This document shows, in pieces, positions 27,319 to 37,304 of a DNA stretch of 64,000 nt. Position numbers and translations under genes: made by a program. How positions within the stretch are numbered: position 1 is the first letter of the stretch; each line of letters starts with the position of its first letter. The DNA is from an uncultured delta proteobacterium (GTDB taxonomy: Bacteria > Myxococcota_A > Polyangia > Polyangiales > Polyangiaceae). Location: the NCBI GenBank assembly GCA_963841435.1, contig CAWJCS010000004.1:576001-640000 (forward strand), given 5' to 3'. Below the pieces are notes generated by a model. The model did not search any database and was not told the DNA's origin. It saw only the letters and a list, made by a program, of their open reading frames with translations.

Positions 27319-28701
27319 TCACTTCCACGCGGCGATCTGCTCGGGCGTGAGCGCATAGCGAGTGCCTTCCAGCACTTCGGGCACCATGCCGTCGTCGGTG
27401 GCCTCGTGCACCCACTCCCAGACCGTCCGCCCCGTCGGGTCAACCTCGAGCACGTGGCCGCGCCGTGCCTCCGTGATCAACAGATTGCCATTCGGTAGGT
27501 CCTGTACCTTGCCGCCCCACTGTGTGTAGAAGGGCTGTGAGAGATCCGGCGGGTAGATGCGCCGCCTGGCTTGGCTGCCCGTGTCGACGCCGACGAGCCG
27601 CGTCGGACCTAGGATGTCGCCCGTTTCGGTGCCATCGTTGCGGTTGTCGAACACGCGGATCCACCCGTCGCCGATGAAGTCAACGTCGTGCTGCTTGACG
27701 AAGCCGCTCGTGGTCCACTTGAGGCGTCCCGTCTCGTGATCGATGAGCATCACCGTGTGCACCGTACGGGCCGAGACCATGAGGTCGCCGGCCGCGAAGC
27801 TCGGGTACGTTGGGGCGAGCTCCGGTAGCAGGGGCTGCACGTCGTTCGTGTGCAGGATATCGTCCGTGACGCGCCCACCCGTGCGCCAAAAGAGCGACTG
27901 CTCGCCAGCATCGTAGAGCGCCTTGGTCACGCTGATGCTCTTCAGGATCTTACCGTCGCCCGAGATCTTGACGGCGTAATCCTCGACGACCGGTGCCTTC
28001 AGGCCGGGGAACGCCTTGAGTCGGCGTGCTCCGTCGGGCGTCTCCTCGATCCAGTCCATGCTGCAGACCCAGAAGTTACCGTCGGCGTCGCGCTCGACGG
28101 AATGATGGGCCCGGATCGGCAACTTCCAGAGGATCTTTCCCTTGGCGTTCATGCGAGCGACGGTCAGGTACTCGACGTTGAAGATCACGTCGCCGTTGTC
28201 GAATAGGTAGCTGCCGTGCACGTAGTTGTCCGACTTGTTTTTCGTGCCCGCGACGTGGTCGTGGTACGGAGACTCGGGCCAGATCGCGGCAGGGTCGGTG
28301 GGCCACTCGTGCAGCACCTTGCCGTGCGCGTCGAGTAACCGGATGGCGGGCTTGTAGCCGTTCGGTCCGAGCCAGGAGCTCGTCACCAAGGTCACGCCCG
28401 GCGCCATCTTCGCCGCGTCGACGATGCGGGCACCGGCGAATCGGTAAAACACCGGGGTCAGATTGTGCGGCTTCTTCGCCTGCTTCAGTGCGTCGTACTC
28501 GGCGTAGGCGCGCAGGAATACGGAATACGGAAAGCGCCGATGCCCGCCGATCCACATGCCGATGCCGAAGACCAGCAGCAGAACCGAGCCGCCGAAGGTC
28601 AACAGCGACATCCGATCGGTGAGCGGCTTGCGTTGCGGTGCCTTCGACGCCGGAGGCGCCTCGTCGGACGCCGGGGGCGGCTCGGGTCTCTCCGTGCTCA
28701 T
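27319..28701 (-). CDS. Membrane-anchored arylsulfotransferase (ASST-like) family protein
   Basis: N-terminal TM; HGSYL..NGD, HHSV, LHTNDV, QHD, FDN, LPNGNLLITE motifs. Confidence 0.85.
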   Translation of the reverse strand: MSTERPEPPPASDEAPPASKAPQRKPLTDRMSLLTFGGSVLLLVFGIGMWIGGHRRFPYSVFLRAYAEYDALKQAKKPHNLTPVFYRFAGARIVDAAKMAPGVTLVTSSWLGPNGYKPAIRLLDAHGKVLHEWPTDPAAIWPESPYHDHVAGTKNKSDNYVHGSYLFDNGDVIFNVEYLTVARMNAKGKILWKLPIRAHHSVERDADGNFWVCSMDWIEETPDGARRLKAFPGLKAPVVEDYAVKISGDGKILKSISVTKALYDAGEQSLFWRTGGRVTDDILHTNDVQPLLPELAPTYPSFAAGDLMVSARTVHTVMLIDHETGRLKWTTSGFVKQHDVDFIGDGWIRVFDNRNDGTETGDILGPTRLVGVDTGSQARRRIYPPDLSQPFYTQWGGKVQDLPNGNLLITEARRGHVLEVDPTGRTVWEWVHEATDDGMVPEVLEGTRYALTPEQIAAWK

Positions 28702-30027
28702 GGCGCCGCCTCGGGGCAAGCAGTGCGTTGCTTACCCCGGAAGGGGTCGCCAGCGCTGAGCGGCAGTCGCTGCACTTCCTCCACGAGGCCCACTTGACTC
28801 GGACCGATGCGGTTCACGTATTGCCAGACGATCTCGCCGTCCGGCGCGACCTCGATCGCGCGCCCGCCGAACGATTCGGTGAGCAACAGGTCCCCGTTCG
28901 GCAACAGCTGCTGCTTGCCCATCTTGTAGGTGAAAAACGGGTGCTCGGCGGTGCCCTCGAATGCCACCGTGAGGCGGTTGCCGGGCATGCTGATCCGGAC
29001 GATACGGCTCGAGCCACGCTTGGAGGTCGGCGCGACGTTGTTGTTGTCGAAGACCGAGATCGTGTTGCCGTCCACGAAGTCCGGGTCGTGCTGCGCAACG
29101 AGCTGTCCCACCGACTTGAACTTGAGGCGCAGGGTCCGCGGGTCGAAGACGAGCACCGAGTGAACGTCTCGCAACGAGATCATGATGTCGCCCGGCTTGA
29201 AGTAGCCAGGCTCGAGGCGCTTCGGGAACACCTCGACGTCGTTCAAGTGCAGCGGGTTGCCGCTGATGCGCGGGGACGCCACGAACGGCGCGCGCACGAG
29301 CAAGAGTCCCCCGAGGCCGTTCTCGCGCAGGACGTCGAGCACGGAGATCTCCACGTAGGACTCGTCCTTCCTTGGACACCTGCAGGATGAGCGGCTCCAC
29401 GAAGGGAGGTTCGTAGCCCGGCAGCCAGTCGATGGGCGACGTGCGTTCGCGGTGTGCCGGGATCCAGAGCGTGCCGTCGTCGTCTTCCGTGATGGCGTGA
29501 TGCGTGCGGTAGGGAAGGCGCCACACCGTCCGACCGCACGGGTCGAGACGCAGCAACGCCAGGTTCTCGAAGCTGAAGATGATGTCGCCGTTCTTCGCGA
29601 GGAAGGCGCCGTGAACGTGCGTGCCGGGCTCCGACTTGGGCCGTAGCGATTCCGGGATGTGGCGAGCGTCGGGCCAGAGCTTGAACCAGTCGGGGTTCCA
29701 CTCGTGAATGACCTGCCCTGCCATGTTGACGAGCTTGACGGACAAGCGATCGTTCGCGACGACCGAGGTGACGAGGTTGAGACCGGCGGCTGCGCGTGCG
29801 ACGGCCTCGGGTCCAGGGTTGGCGAGCACCTTGGGTCCGGGCAAATAGTAGATGGGCTCTTTGAACAGCGACGCGAGCGCGTCTCGCGCGCGGTCGATTT
29901 GGCGGGACGGGAAGAGGTGCGCCCCGGCCGAGTAATAGCCGTACGCGAACGCGATCACGCCGAGCCCGAGCACGAAGGCCACACGGGACAGGCGCTCGAG
30001 GCTCAGTAGGTTGACGACTCGAGACAA
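28698..30027 (-). CDS. Second ASST-like arylsulfotransferase; frameshifted near 29351-29352 as assembled
   Basis: HG..L..NGD and HHAI in one frame; LHLNDV, QHDPDF, FDN, LPNGDLLLTE in the other; removing one G gives VLREISV. Stop overlaps the paralog's ATG. Start uncertain. Confidence 0.8.
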
Positions 30028-30229
30028 GGTAAGCCCAGCAAGTAGAGAAACCGGCGCGTATGCACCCCTACCGCGCCGCAGGAACCAGGTCAATCCGCCC
30101 GCGGCCTTGGCGCGCTGCGCTTCCCGCCGCGTTGGGGCGGCCTTCGTCGGGCGCTCTTCTTCACGCCGACTGCGCGCGCGAGCGCACGGCCCTTTCCGGG
30201 GAGCGAGGATTCGTGCGACCATCGCCGCC

Positions 30230-30616
30230 GTGCATCTCCAAGACTTGGCGATTCTCAAAGGCCTCGTCGCCGTCGCCTGGGCGGACGGCCGTATCAGCTC
30301 GGAGGAGTCCGAGATCCTCGCGAGCTTGAGCGACGCTTTCGGCGCCACGCGCACCGAGCGGAGGGAGCTCGAGCTCTTCGCGAAGGAACGCCGCACGCTC
30401 GAGGACGTCCCCATCCACGAGCTCAGCTACGACGACCGACGAGTGCTCCTTCAGCACGCCGTCTTGCTCTCGTTCGTGGACGGGGAGCAGCACGAGCGGG
30501 AAAAGGCGCTGCTCGACGAGCTCTGCGAGCGGCTGCGCATTCCGGCCGTCGAGGCCCGAGGCATCGTGAGCGCCGCCGAAGAGCGCGCGCGAAGCTCGCT
30601 CAAGCTGCTCAGCTGA
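30230..30616 (+). CDS. TerB/DUF533-like tellurite-resistance family protein
   Basis: AVAWADGRISSEE and second repeat SFVDGEQHERE; GTG start. Confidence 0.8.
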   Translation: MHLQDLAILKGLVAVAWADGRISSEESEILASLSDAFGATRTERRELELFAKERRTLEDVPIHELSYDDRRVLLQHAVLLSFVDGEQHEREKALLDELCERLRIPAVEARGIVSAAEERARSSLKLLS

Positions 30617-30659
30617 GGTGCCCCCGGCGCGCGACGCGAACGATCTTTCGGCGCGCGCG

Positions 30660-31025
30660 TCAGCTCGCGGCAAGCCGATCGATCTCTTTGAGCAGCGCGA
30701 TGGGGCTGAACGGCTTGGTGTAGAAGGCGCTCGCGCCGGCCTCAGTGGCTCGCCTTCGCGAGCCATCGTCGTCCATCGCGGTAATGACGACGATCGGGAT
30801 CTTTTGCGTTTGGGGATCCGCGCGAAGACGTCGGCATACCTCGAACCCGTCGTATTGGCCGGGCATCATCAGATCGAGAAGCACCAGATCGGGGGGATCC
30901 GTCGAGGCAACGTCGATCGCCTTCGCGCCGGATGCCACGGCCGTCACCTTGTACCCGCGTCCCTGCACGAGCGCCTCGATCATGCGGCGAATCGAGTCCT
31001 GGTCTTCGACCACGAGAATACGCAT
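30660..31025 (-). CDS. Single-domain response regulator (receiver)
   Basis: ILVVED, LLDLMMP, ITA, TKPF. Confidence 0.95.
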   Translation of the reverse strand: MRILVVEDQDSIRRMIEALVQGRGYKVTAVASGAKAIDVASTDPPDLVLLDLMMPGQYDGFEVCRRLRADPQTQKIPIVVITAMDDDGSRRRATEAGASAFYTKPFSPIALLKEIDRLAAS

Positions 31026-31031
31026 CCGTTC

Positions 31032-32366
31032 TCAGGCCTTCCTCAGGTGTACCCATGCCTCGGTGCGGCCCTCGGGTGAGTCTCGGAGCTCGAGCTCCGC
31101 GGAGAGCGCCGTGGCCGCGGCGTCGGCGAGCACCAGCGCGACGCCGGCCGGCCTTCCCAGCCGCGTAGGATCGATGCGGTGCCGGATGACGTCCCAACGC
31201 GAAGCCTCGGGGACGGGCGGGCCGCCGTCTCGCACCGCGAGCGAGATGCCGAGCTCGGTCGTCACGACGAGCGCCGTGACGCTGCCGCCGCGTGGCGTCG
31301 CGCTGAGGGCGTGACCGAGCAGGCTGCGGAGCAGGAGGTCGAGCGCGGGGCGGCTGCCGCGCACGTTTGCCGTGGCGGGCGCTTCGACCGTGAGCGCCAC
31401 CTGGCCCCGAACGGCGCGCGGTTCGAGCTGGGCGACGGCCTGGCCGAGCAGCTCCGGGAGGGGCAGTGTCTCGCCGCGGCCCTCGATGTCGCACTCGATG
31501 ACGCCGCCGAGCTCCGTCACGAGCTCCTGCGCCGATGCGAGCCGCGACAGCGCGTCGCTCGGTGCGCCGCGCTCGAGGTCGCCTCGCGCGCCCTCGAGTA
31601 GCCCCTTGAGCGCACGGTGGGTCGCCGCTGCCACGCTGCGAACACCTTCGAAGCGCTCCGGATCGCCCCGGCTCGGAGGCGGGGCTTCGGTGCGCACGTC
31701 GCCCGCGGCGAGCATGCTGGCAAGCTCTCTCGCGTAGGTCTCGCCGAGCTGCTGCGCCTGCTCGAGCTCACGCCGAAGCTCGTGCACCTCGCGCTGATCG
31801 CTGGCACCGTCGGCCTGCAGGAGCACGGAGAGCGTCGCGCCCTCGAGCGCGACCGACCCGCCGTGCTTGAGCGCCATGCGCGCCAGCCAGCGGCTTTCGA
31901 GCTCGCCGAGCGCCGCCGTGTCGGGCCCGAGGTCGGCGCTGATGCGCACGAAATCCCCCTGGCGCACGATGCGCACCTCGACGGAGCTCTCGGACGGAGA
32001 TCGTCCGCTCGCCTGGGCGACGAGCAGGTGCAACATGCGCCTGAGCTCCACTTCCTCGCCGAACACTTCCGTGCCGGCACCCGGTTCGATGGCGACGCGC
32101 GCTCCCGGCGCGATTTCCACGAGCAGTGACGCGAGGTCGATGCGCCCGCGGCGCGCCTTGCCACGCCCGCCCACGTTGAGCGCGCTCAGCATCTCGATCG
32201 TGTCGTCCAGCGCGTCGAGGGTGGTCTCGACCGGCGGCGCGATCTGCCTCGCATCGCTCGGCGCGCGAAGCTGGTCCACCTCCGTCCTTAGTGCCTTCGC
32301 TGCGCCGCGGGCCTCCTGGGCAAGCAACCAGCTGATTTCATGGCGGGTGAGCCTCTCCAGCGGCAC
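31032..32366 (-). CDS. Degenerate histidine-kinase-like protein (two HATPase-like remnants)
   Basis: H-box-like LAQEARG, RGSRPALDLLLRSLLGHA, VRDGGP, GVAL, SPEGRTEAWVHL; adjacent to a receiver. GTG start inferred. Confidence 0.65.
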   Translation of the reverse strand: MPLERLTRHEISWLLAQEARGAAKALRTEVDQLRAPSDARQIAPPVETTLDALDDTIEMLSALNVGGRGKARRGRIDLASLLVEIAPGARVAIEPGAGTEVFGEEVELRRMLHLLVAQASGRSPSESSVEVRIVRQGDFVRISADLGPDTAALGELESRWLARMALKHGGSVALEGATLSVLLQADGASDQREVHELRRELEQAQQLGETYARELASMLAAGDVRTEAPPPSRGDPERFEGVRSVAAATHRALKGLLEGARGDLERGAPSDALSRLASAQELVTELGGVIECDIEGRGETLPLPELLGQAVAQLEPRAVRGQVALTVEAPATANVRGSRPALDLLLRSLLGHALSATPRGGSVTALVVTTELGISLAVRDGGPPVPEASRWDVIRHRIDPTRLGRPAGVALVLADAAATALSAELELRDSPEGRTEAWVHLRKA

Positions 32367-32450
32367 GCTTCCCGCATCTTGCCACGCTCCATTGCCGGTT
32401 GCTACGCGGTCGTTGCCCCGAGGGGCCGGGTTTGGTGGCAGATTCGAGGC

Positions 32451-34598
32451 GTGACGCGACTCGCGATCGTGGTGGTGCTCCTCGCGGGGGCGATCGCCTT
32501 CTCTTGCGGTAACGCCGCCGGGCCGGACCCCTTCGGAGCCGATTCCGGCGTGCGGGCCGGTCAGGGCGGCGAAGGTGGGATAGGGGGCGAGGGGGCCGCA
32601 CCCGAAGGGGGCGCACCACCCGATCTGGGCGGCGCCTGTCTCGACGACCAGCAGTGCGACGACGGCCTCGCCTGCACGAAGGACTCCTGTGACGACCGCT
32701 TCGAACGTTGCCGCCACGAGCCCGACGACGCGGCGTGCGACGACGGTGTCTATTGCAACGGCGTCGAGACCTGCGACGTAGCGCTCGGCTGCCGCGCGGG
32801 TCCGGTGATCGCCTGCTCCGATTCCGACACTTGCACGATCGACGTGTGCGTCGAGGAGAGCCAGAGCTGCCGCCACGAACCGCGTGACGCCGACGGCGAC
32901 GGTGACCCGGCGTTGAGCTGTGCCGGCGGCGATTGCGACGACACCGATCCGTTGATCTCGAGCGCCGCCTCGGAGCGATGCGACAACGGTCGTGACGACG
33001 ACTGCGATGGCGAGGTGGACGAGAACGACTGCGTGAGTCCAGCGTACGATCGCTGTGGTGACGCCCTCGAGGTCGAGGTGACCGGATCGTTTTCGCTGTC
33101 GACCGCCGGAGCGGCGCGCGACTTCTCGCTGTCGTGTGCAGCCGAAGATTCGTTTCGCGATCTCGTGATTGCCGTGATCGTACCGGACGGCGACCCTGTC
33201 GACATCGATGTCGTCGCACGGGCCGACGCCGGGAGCGTCGCGCTCGCGGCCACCGAACGCTGCGGCGACGAATCGGCGGAGACCGCGTGCACGCTGGGCC
33301 CTGGCACGAGCTCCCACGGGGGCACTACGCGCCTCCTTTTGCGCGCCGCCGAGCCTGGCGCCCACGCCGTATTGCTCGCCGTTGACGCGGAGACGGACGT
33401 TGCCGTTCGCGTGACGCTGCGTGAGCCATCCGTCGATCCCGGAAACGCGACCTGCGGCACCGCCTTGCCACTCTCACCCGGGATTCCCGTGCGGAGCGTG
33501 CTTGCGGACACGACCGATCCTGCGCCGAGCGCCTGCGAGGCGGTGACGACCGCGCGCTTCTATTCGTTCACGCTGGACGCGCCGCGCGACGTACACCTCA
33601 GGGCGGCCTCGCTCGATTCGTTCGGGGCGCCCGTGGTGTCCCTGCGCGACGCGGGCTGCAGCGAGCTCGACGACGAGCTCACCTGTCGCAGCACCGATCC
33701 TTCCGACCTTTTCGCACGGGCGCTGCCCGCCGGGTCGTACGTCGTCGCCCTGGCCGGCAAGGGGCCGAGCGAGGTCGAGCTCGTGCTCTCTCTCCTCGAC
33801 CCGACTAAAGCTCCACCGGGCGAAGGCTGCGGCGATGCGCCCGAGATTGCGGCTGGTGTCACGGCGCTCGTGGAGCTCGGCCAGCGTACCGACGCCGTGC
33901 ACATCGGGTGCCTTGCGGGCGCGCCGGATGCAAGCTTCGAGCTCGCACTTCCGGAGCGCTCCGACGTGATGCTCGTCGCGCGCGGCTCGGACGGCGATAC
34001 GATTGCCGCACTCTTGAGCGAGCCCGAGTGTGCGCGAGCGACCGACGTTCTCGCGTGCGAAGCGTCGGAAGCCTGGCCGCTGCGGAGCGTCGCGCACGGC
34101 GTCGCGAAGGGCAGCGTGCGCGCCGTCGTCGAAGCCCAGGCCGGCACGCCGGTGAGCCTGACGGCGCTCACGAGGCCGGCGCAAAACACCGAGATCGTGC
34201 TCCAGTCGGACGAGTGCGACGGCGCCGCCAGCGTGCCCCCGACGGGGGGACGCTTCGAGGGGACCACGGCCAATGCCTACGCGGATTACTCGGCAAGCTG
34301 CGACTACGGGGGTCAGCCCGCGGGAGGCGCGCCCGACCAAGTGCTGCGTTTCGATCTGCCCGAGCGGCGGCGCGTCGTCTTCGACATGCAGGGCTCGAGC
34401 TACGACACGCTGCTCGTGGTGCGTCACGACGACGGTTGTCCGGGGACGGAGGTCTCCGGAGCGTGCTCGGCGGGCTACCGAGACGGCCGTAGCTTCTTGG
34501 ATCTCGTGCTCGATGCAGGCGCCTATCAGCTGCAGATCGACGGGTACAACGGGGACAAGGGCAAGTGGGCGCTCGAGGTCTTCACGGGCGAGCCTTGA
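32451..34598 (+). CDS. Cys-rich lipoprotein with putative metal-binding (MopE-like) motif and multiple PPC-like domains
   Basis: Lipobox AFSC; CDDGLACTKDSC, DADGDG, DCDD..P..ERCDNGRDDDCDG; repeated DxC..A / PDQV.RF / G.Y...IDG units. Confidence 0.8.
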   Translation: MTRLAIVVVLLAGAIAFSCGNAAGPDPFGADSGVRAGQGGEGGIGGEGAAPEGGAPPDLGGACLDDQQCDDGLACTKDSCDDRFERCRHEPDDAACDDGVYCNGVETCDVALGCRAGPVIACSDSDTCTIDVCVEESQSCRHEPRDADGDGDPALSCAGGDCDDTDPLISSAASERCDNGRDDDCDGEVDENDCVSPAYDRCGDALEVEVTGSFSLSTAGAARDFSLSCAAEDSFRDLVIAVIVPDGDPVDIDVVARADAGSVALAATERCGDESAETACTLGPGTSSHGGTTRLLLRAAEPGAHAVLLAVDAETDVAVRVTLREPSVDPGNATCGTALPLSPGIPVRSVLADTTDPAPSACEAVTTARFYSFTLDAPRDVHLRAASLDSFGAPVVSLRDAGCSELDDELTCRSTDPSDLFARALPAGSYVVALAGKGPSEVELVLSLLDPTKAPPGEGCGDAPEIAAGVTALVELGQRTDAVHIGCLAGAPDASFELALPERSDVMLVARGSDGDTIAALLSEPECARATDVLACEASEAWPLRSVAHGVAKGSVRAVVEAQAGTPVSLTALTRPAQNTEIVLQSDECDGAASVPPTGGRFEGTTANAYADYSASCDYGGQPAGGAPDQVLRFDLPERRRVVFDMQGSSYDTLLVVRHDDGCPGTEVSGACSAGYRDGRSFLDLVLDAGAYQLQIDGYNGDKGKWALEVFTGEP

Positions 34599-34650
34599 CC
34601 CGCGCGCGCGCTTGCGTCGCACCCGAGGGCACTGGCAGAGTGGACGTTGC

Positions 34651-36609
34651 GTGACCCGTGTTTCGTCACTGCCTCCGTCGTCCCTGAGCGGTAACGCGTT
34701 CGCTTCGGACGTGCAGCCGGGCGTGCGCTACGTGCTCGAGCGCCACGTGGGCGAGGGCGGCATGGGACGGGCGTACCTCGCGCGGCGCGAGAGCCCGGAC
34801 GGCGCCGTGCCCGTGGTGGTGAAGGTCGTCGACCCGAGCTTCGGCGACGGGACCGTTTCCGCAGAGCTCGTCGCCCAGAAGGAGGCGGTAGCGCTCGGAC
34901 GGCTGAACGAGCGCGTGCCGCCCTGTCCGTTCGTGGTGCGCTTCATCGATACGGGCCGTGCGCACATCGGCGGTCGCCTCGCACCGTGGATTGCGCTCGA
35001 GTACGTGCACGGCGGCGTCGAGGGGACGACGCTCGAGGATCGCGTGCTCTACTCGATCCACCAAACCGAGTACGCGTTCGACCCGATCCGCGCCACGCAC
35101 GCCATTCGCTGCCTCGCGGCGGGCCTCTCGGCCATCCACGGCGTGGGGGTCATTCATCGCGACCTCACACCTGGCAACGTTCTGTGCTGCGGTTTCGGCG
35201 AGACCGAGATCTTCAAGATCTCCGATTTCGGTTTGGCTCGCCCCGTGGGGCTCGGCCGGACCTTCGCGGGGCTCGGCATCGGCACCGTGGGCTATGCGGC
35301 TCCCGAGCAGAGCGTGCAGGGGGAATCGCAGGTTGGCCCTTTTACCGACATTTTCGCGCTCGCCTGCGTCATCTTCTACGTGTTGACGGGCGAGCACCTG
35401 TTCGACGGAACCTCGCCCGTCGAAGTGTACGGAGCCATCAAGGAGAAGGCTCGACGTAGTGTCCTCGCGACGGCGGGCCTCTACCCGGACCTCAGGGCGC
35501 GTCCGGACGCCGTGCGTGCGCTCGACGCCGCGCTCGCGCGCGCGACCGCGTTCGACCCGGAGCAGCGCCCCGAGAGCGCCGAGGAGCTCGCGGCCGCCGT
35601 GCTGCCCTGGCTCGGCGAAAACGTCTCGGTGCCGCGTTCGAGCCGTCGACTGATCCAGACGATGCTCGGCGTGCCGCCGCCGTCGGACCTCTCCTCCTGG
35701 AGTTGGATCATCCGCCATCGGCCGCGTGACGACCTCATGATCCAGAGTGCGGCCTGGGACACCGATGGCCACTGTTTCGCGTTCACGCCCCGAGGCCCCG
35801 TGTTCTGGAACGGACAGGCACTCATCGGTGCGGCCGCCACGTTGCAGGAGCTGCCGCGCGGCATGGTGTTCGCACGCCGAGCCGAGGCCGGGGGCTGGCT
35901 CGTCGGCGGCGCGGGCGGGACGCTCGCGCTGTTCGGCAGCGAGGGAGTGCGGGACGTCGCGCAGGCGCCTTTTCAAGGCGTCGAGTTCGTCGACGGCTGC
36001 GGGCGACTCGATGACCTCGTGACCGCCGTCGCACGGCGGTCGGGCGGGGGCCTTTCGCTGTTCGCGATGTGCGGTCGGCGCTGGCTCCGGCCGTTGCCGC
36101 TCGAAGGAGTGCAGTTCGTGACGAGCATCGCGCGCTTCGACGACTCTCGTTTCCTGGTCGTCGGCAGGCTGGCGCGCGGCGTTGCGTTCGCGGCGCTCTA
36201 CACGCCGACGTTGTGGGAGCTCGAGCCGCTGCCGCTGCCGGAGATCCGCTCGCTGATGTGCGCGTCGGGCAATGCCGAGCGCGAGCTTGGTCTGTTCGTC
36301 GGCAGCGAGGGGCTGGCGGTGCGTCTCGATCGGAGCGGAACCCTGGCGTCGCGCGTTCCCGGTGGGCCGGATTCTTCCGCAAGCGCACTGGACGTGCGAG
36401 GCAGGGAATGGGCCTCGAGCCTCGGCACACTGTGGACGCGCGGGCCCGCCCTGGGCGAGGCGTGGCGGGCGGCATGGGCGGAGCCGGCGTGGGGCGCGCC
36501 GTTTTTGAGCTTGATGGCCGACTCGGGGTGGATTGTCGGGCTGACGGTCGACGGTGGCATCGTCGAGGGGCACTCCATCACGGCGCCCAGCAAGAAGGGA
36601 CGCGGCTGA
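34651..36609 (+). CDS. Cytoplasmic Ser/Thr protein kinase with C-terminal beta-propeller-like region
   Basis: GEGGMGRAY, VVK, HRDLTPGN, DFG, GTVGYAAPE; no TM; Trp-spaced beta repeats. Confidence 0.9.
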   Translation: MTRVSSLPPSSLSGNAFASDVQPGVRYVLERHVGEGGMGRAYLARRESPDGAVPVVVKVVDPSFGDGTVSAELVAQKEAVALGRLNERVPPCPFVVRFIDTGRAHIGGRLAPWIALEYVHGGVEGTTLEDRVLYSIHQTEYAFDPIRATHAIRCLAAGLSAIHGVGVIHRDLTPGNVLCCGFGETEIFKISDFGLARPVGLGRTFAGLGIGTVGYAAPEQSVQGESQVGPFTDIFALACVIFYVLTGEHLFDGTSPVEVYGAIKEKARRSVLATAGLYPDLRARPDAVRALDAALARATAFDPEQRPESAEELAAAVLPWLGENVSVPRSSRRLIQTMLGVPPPSDLSSWSWIIRHRPRDDLMIQSAAWDTDGHCFAFTPRGPVFWNGQALIGAAATLQELPRGMVFARRAEAGGWLVGGAGGTLALFGSEGVRDVAQAPFQGVEFVDGCGRLDDLVTAVARRSGGGLSLFAMCGRRWLRPLPLEGVQFVTSIARFDDSRFLVVGRLARGVAFAALYTPTLWELEPLPLPEIRSLMCASGNAERELGLFVGSEGLAVRLDRSGTLASRVPGGPDSSASALDVRGREWASSLGTLWTRGPALGEAWRAAWAEPAWGAPFLSLMADSGWIVGLTVDGGIVEGHSITAPSKKGRG

Positions 36610-36659
36610 GCCGCCGTCGCGCCTTGCGGCCGGCACACGGGAGACTATCCTCTCCCCCC

Positions 36660-37304
36660 ATGGCCGGACGTGGGCTAGCGGCGCTCGTGGCCGTGTGCGT
36701 GCTGTCTGTGGCAGGTGTTGCAGGCGCGAAGGAGGCGCGGCCCTTCACGCCAGGGTCCGTCGGGGACTTGTCCTATGCCGACCAGCGCTCGTTGCTTGCC
36801 GGTCAGATGGTGTCGCGCCCCGTGCGCTTCACGCGCCCCCACGGCGGGCGCTACGTCGGCGGGGTCTCGTACCAGATCGTGCGCGCGACGCCGGCACGGG
36901 TGATCGCCGCGCTGTCCGACGTGCGGTCGTTGCCCCATGCCCTGCCGCGCACGCTGAGCGCCGCGCTCTTGAGCCGCGGCGAGCGCAGCGCGCGCGTGGA
37001 GCTCACGCAGGGAAAGTCTCCGTTTCTCGTCACGTACACCGTGAACCTCGAGCAAGCCGAGGAGGGCGACCTCATCCGATTCTGGCTCGATCACAGTCGG
37101 CCGCACGACGTGCGGGACGTGTGGGGCTACTTCCGGGTCACGGCATTTTCGCATGGCAAGAGCCTCGTCACGGTTGCCGTGGCGCTCGATATCGGTCCGG
37201 GGATCGCGCGGCTCCTGTTCGAAGACCGCGTGGAGCGCATCATCTTGCGGGCGCCCGACAAGATCAGAAGCTTCGTCGAGCCGCGCGCGGTGGCCGGTCG
37301 ATGA
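36660..37304 (+). CDS. Secreted START/SRPBCC-like protein
   Basis: Signal peptide; I.ATP.RV..AL.D, IRFWL, GYFRV pattern of helix-grip folds. Confidence 0.55.
   Translation: MAGRGLAALVAVCVLSVAGVAGAKEARPFTPGSVGDLSYADQRSLLAGQMVSRPVRFTRPHGGRYVGGVSYQIVRATPARVIAALSDVRSLPHALPRTLSAALLSRGERSARVELTQGKSPFLVTYTVNLEQAEEGDLIRFWLDHSRPHDVRDVWGYFRVTAFSHGKSLVTVAVALDIGPGIARLLFEDRVERIILRAPDKIRSFVEPRAVAGR

Noticed and set aside
30230-30616. TerB protein as part of an anti-phage or ter operon
   Set aside because: Solitary; no other ter or defence genes nearby.
32367-33365. N-terminal extension of ORF 31032-33365
   Set aside because: Antisense shadow of the plus-strand lipoprotein gene.
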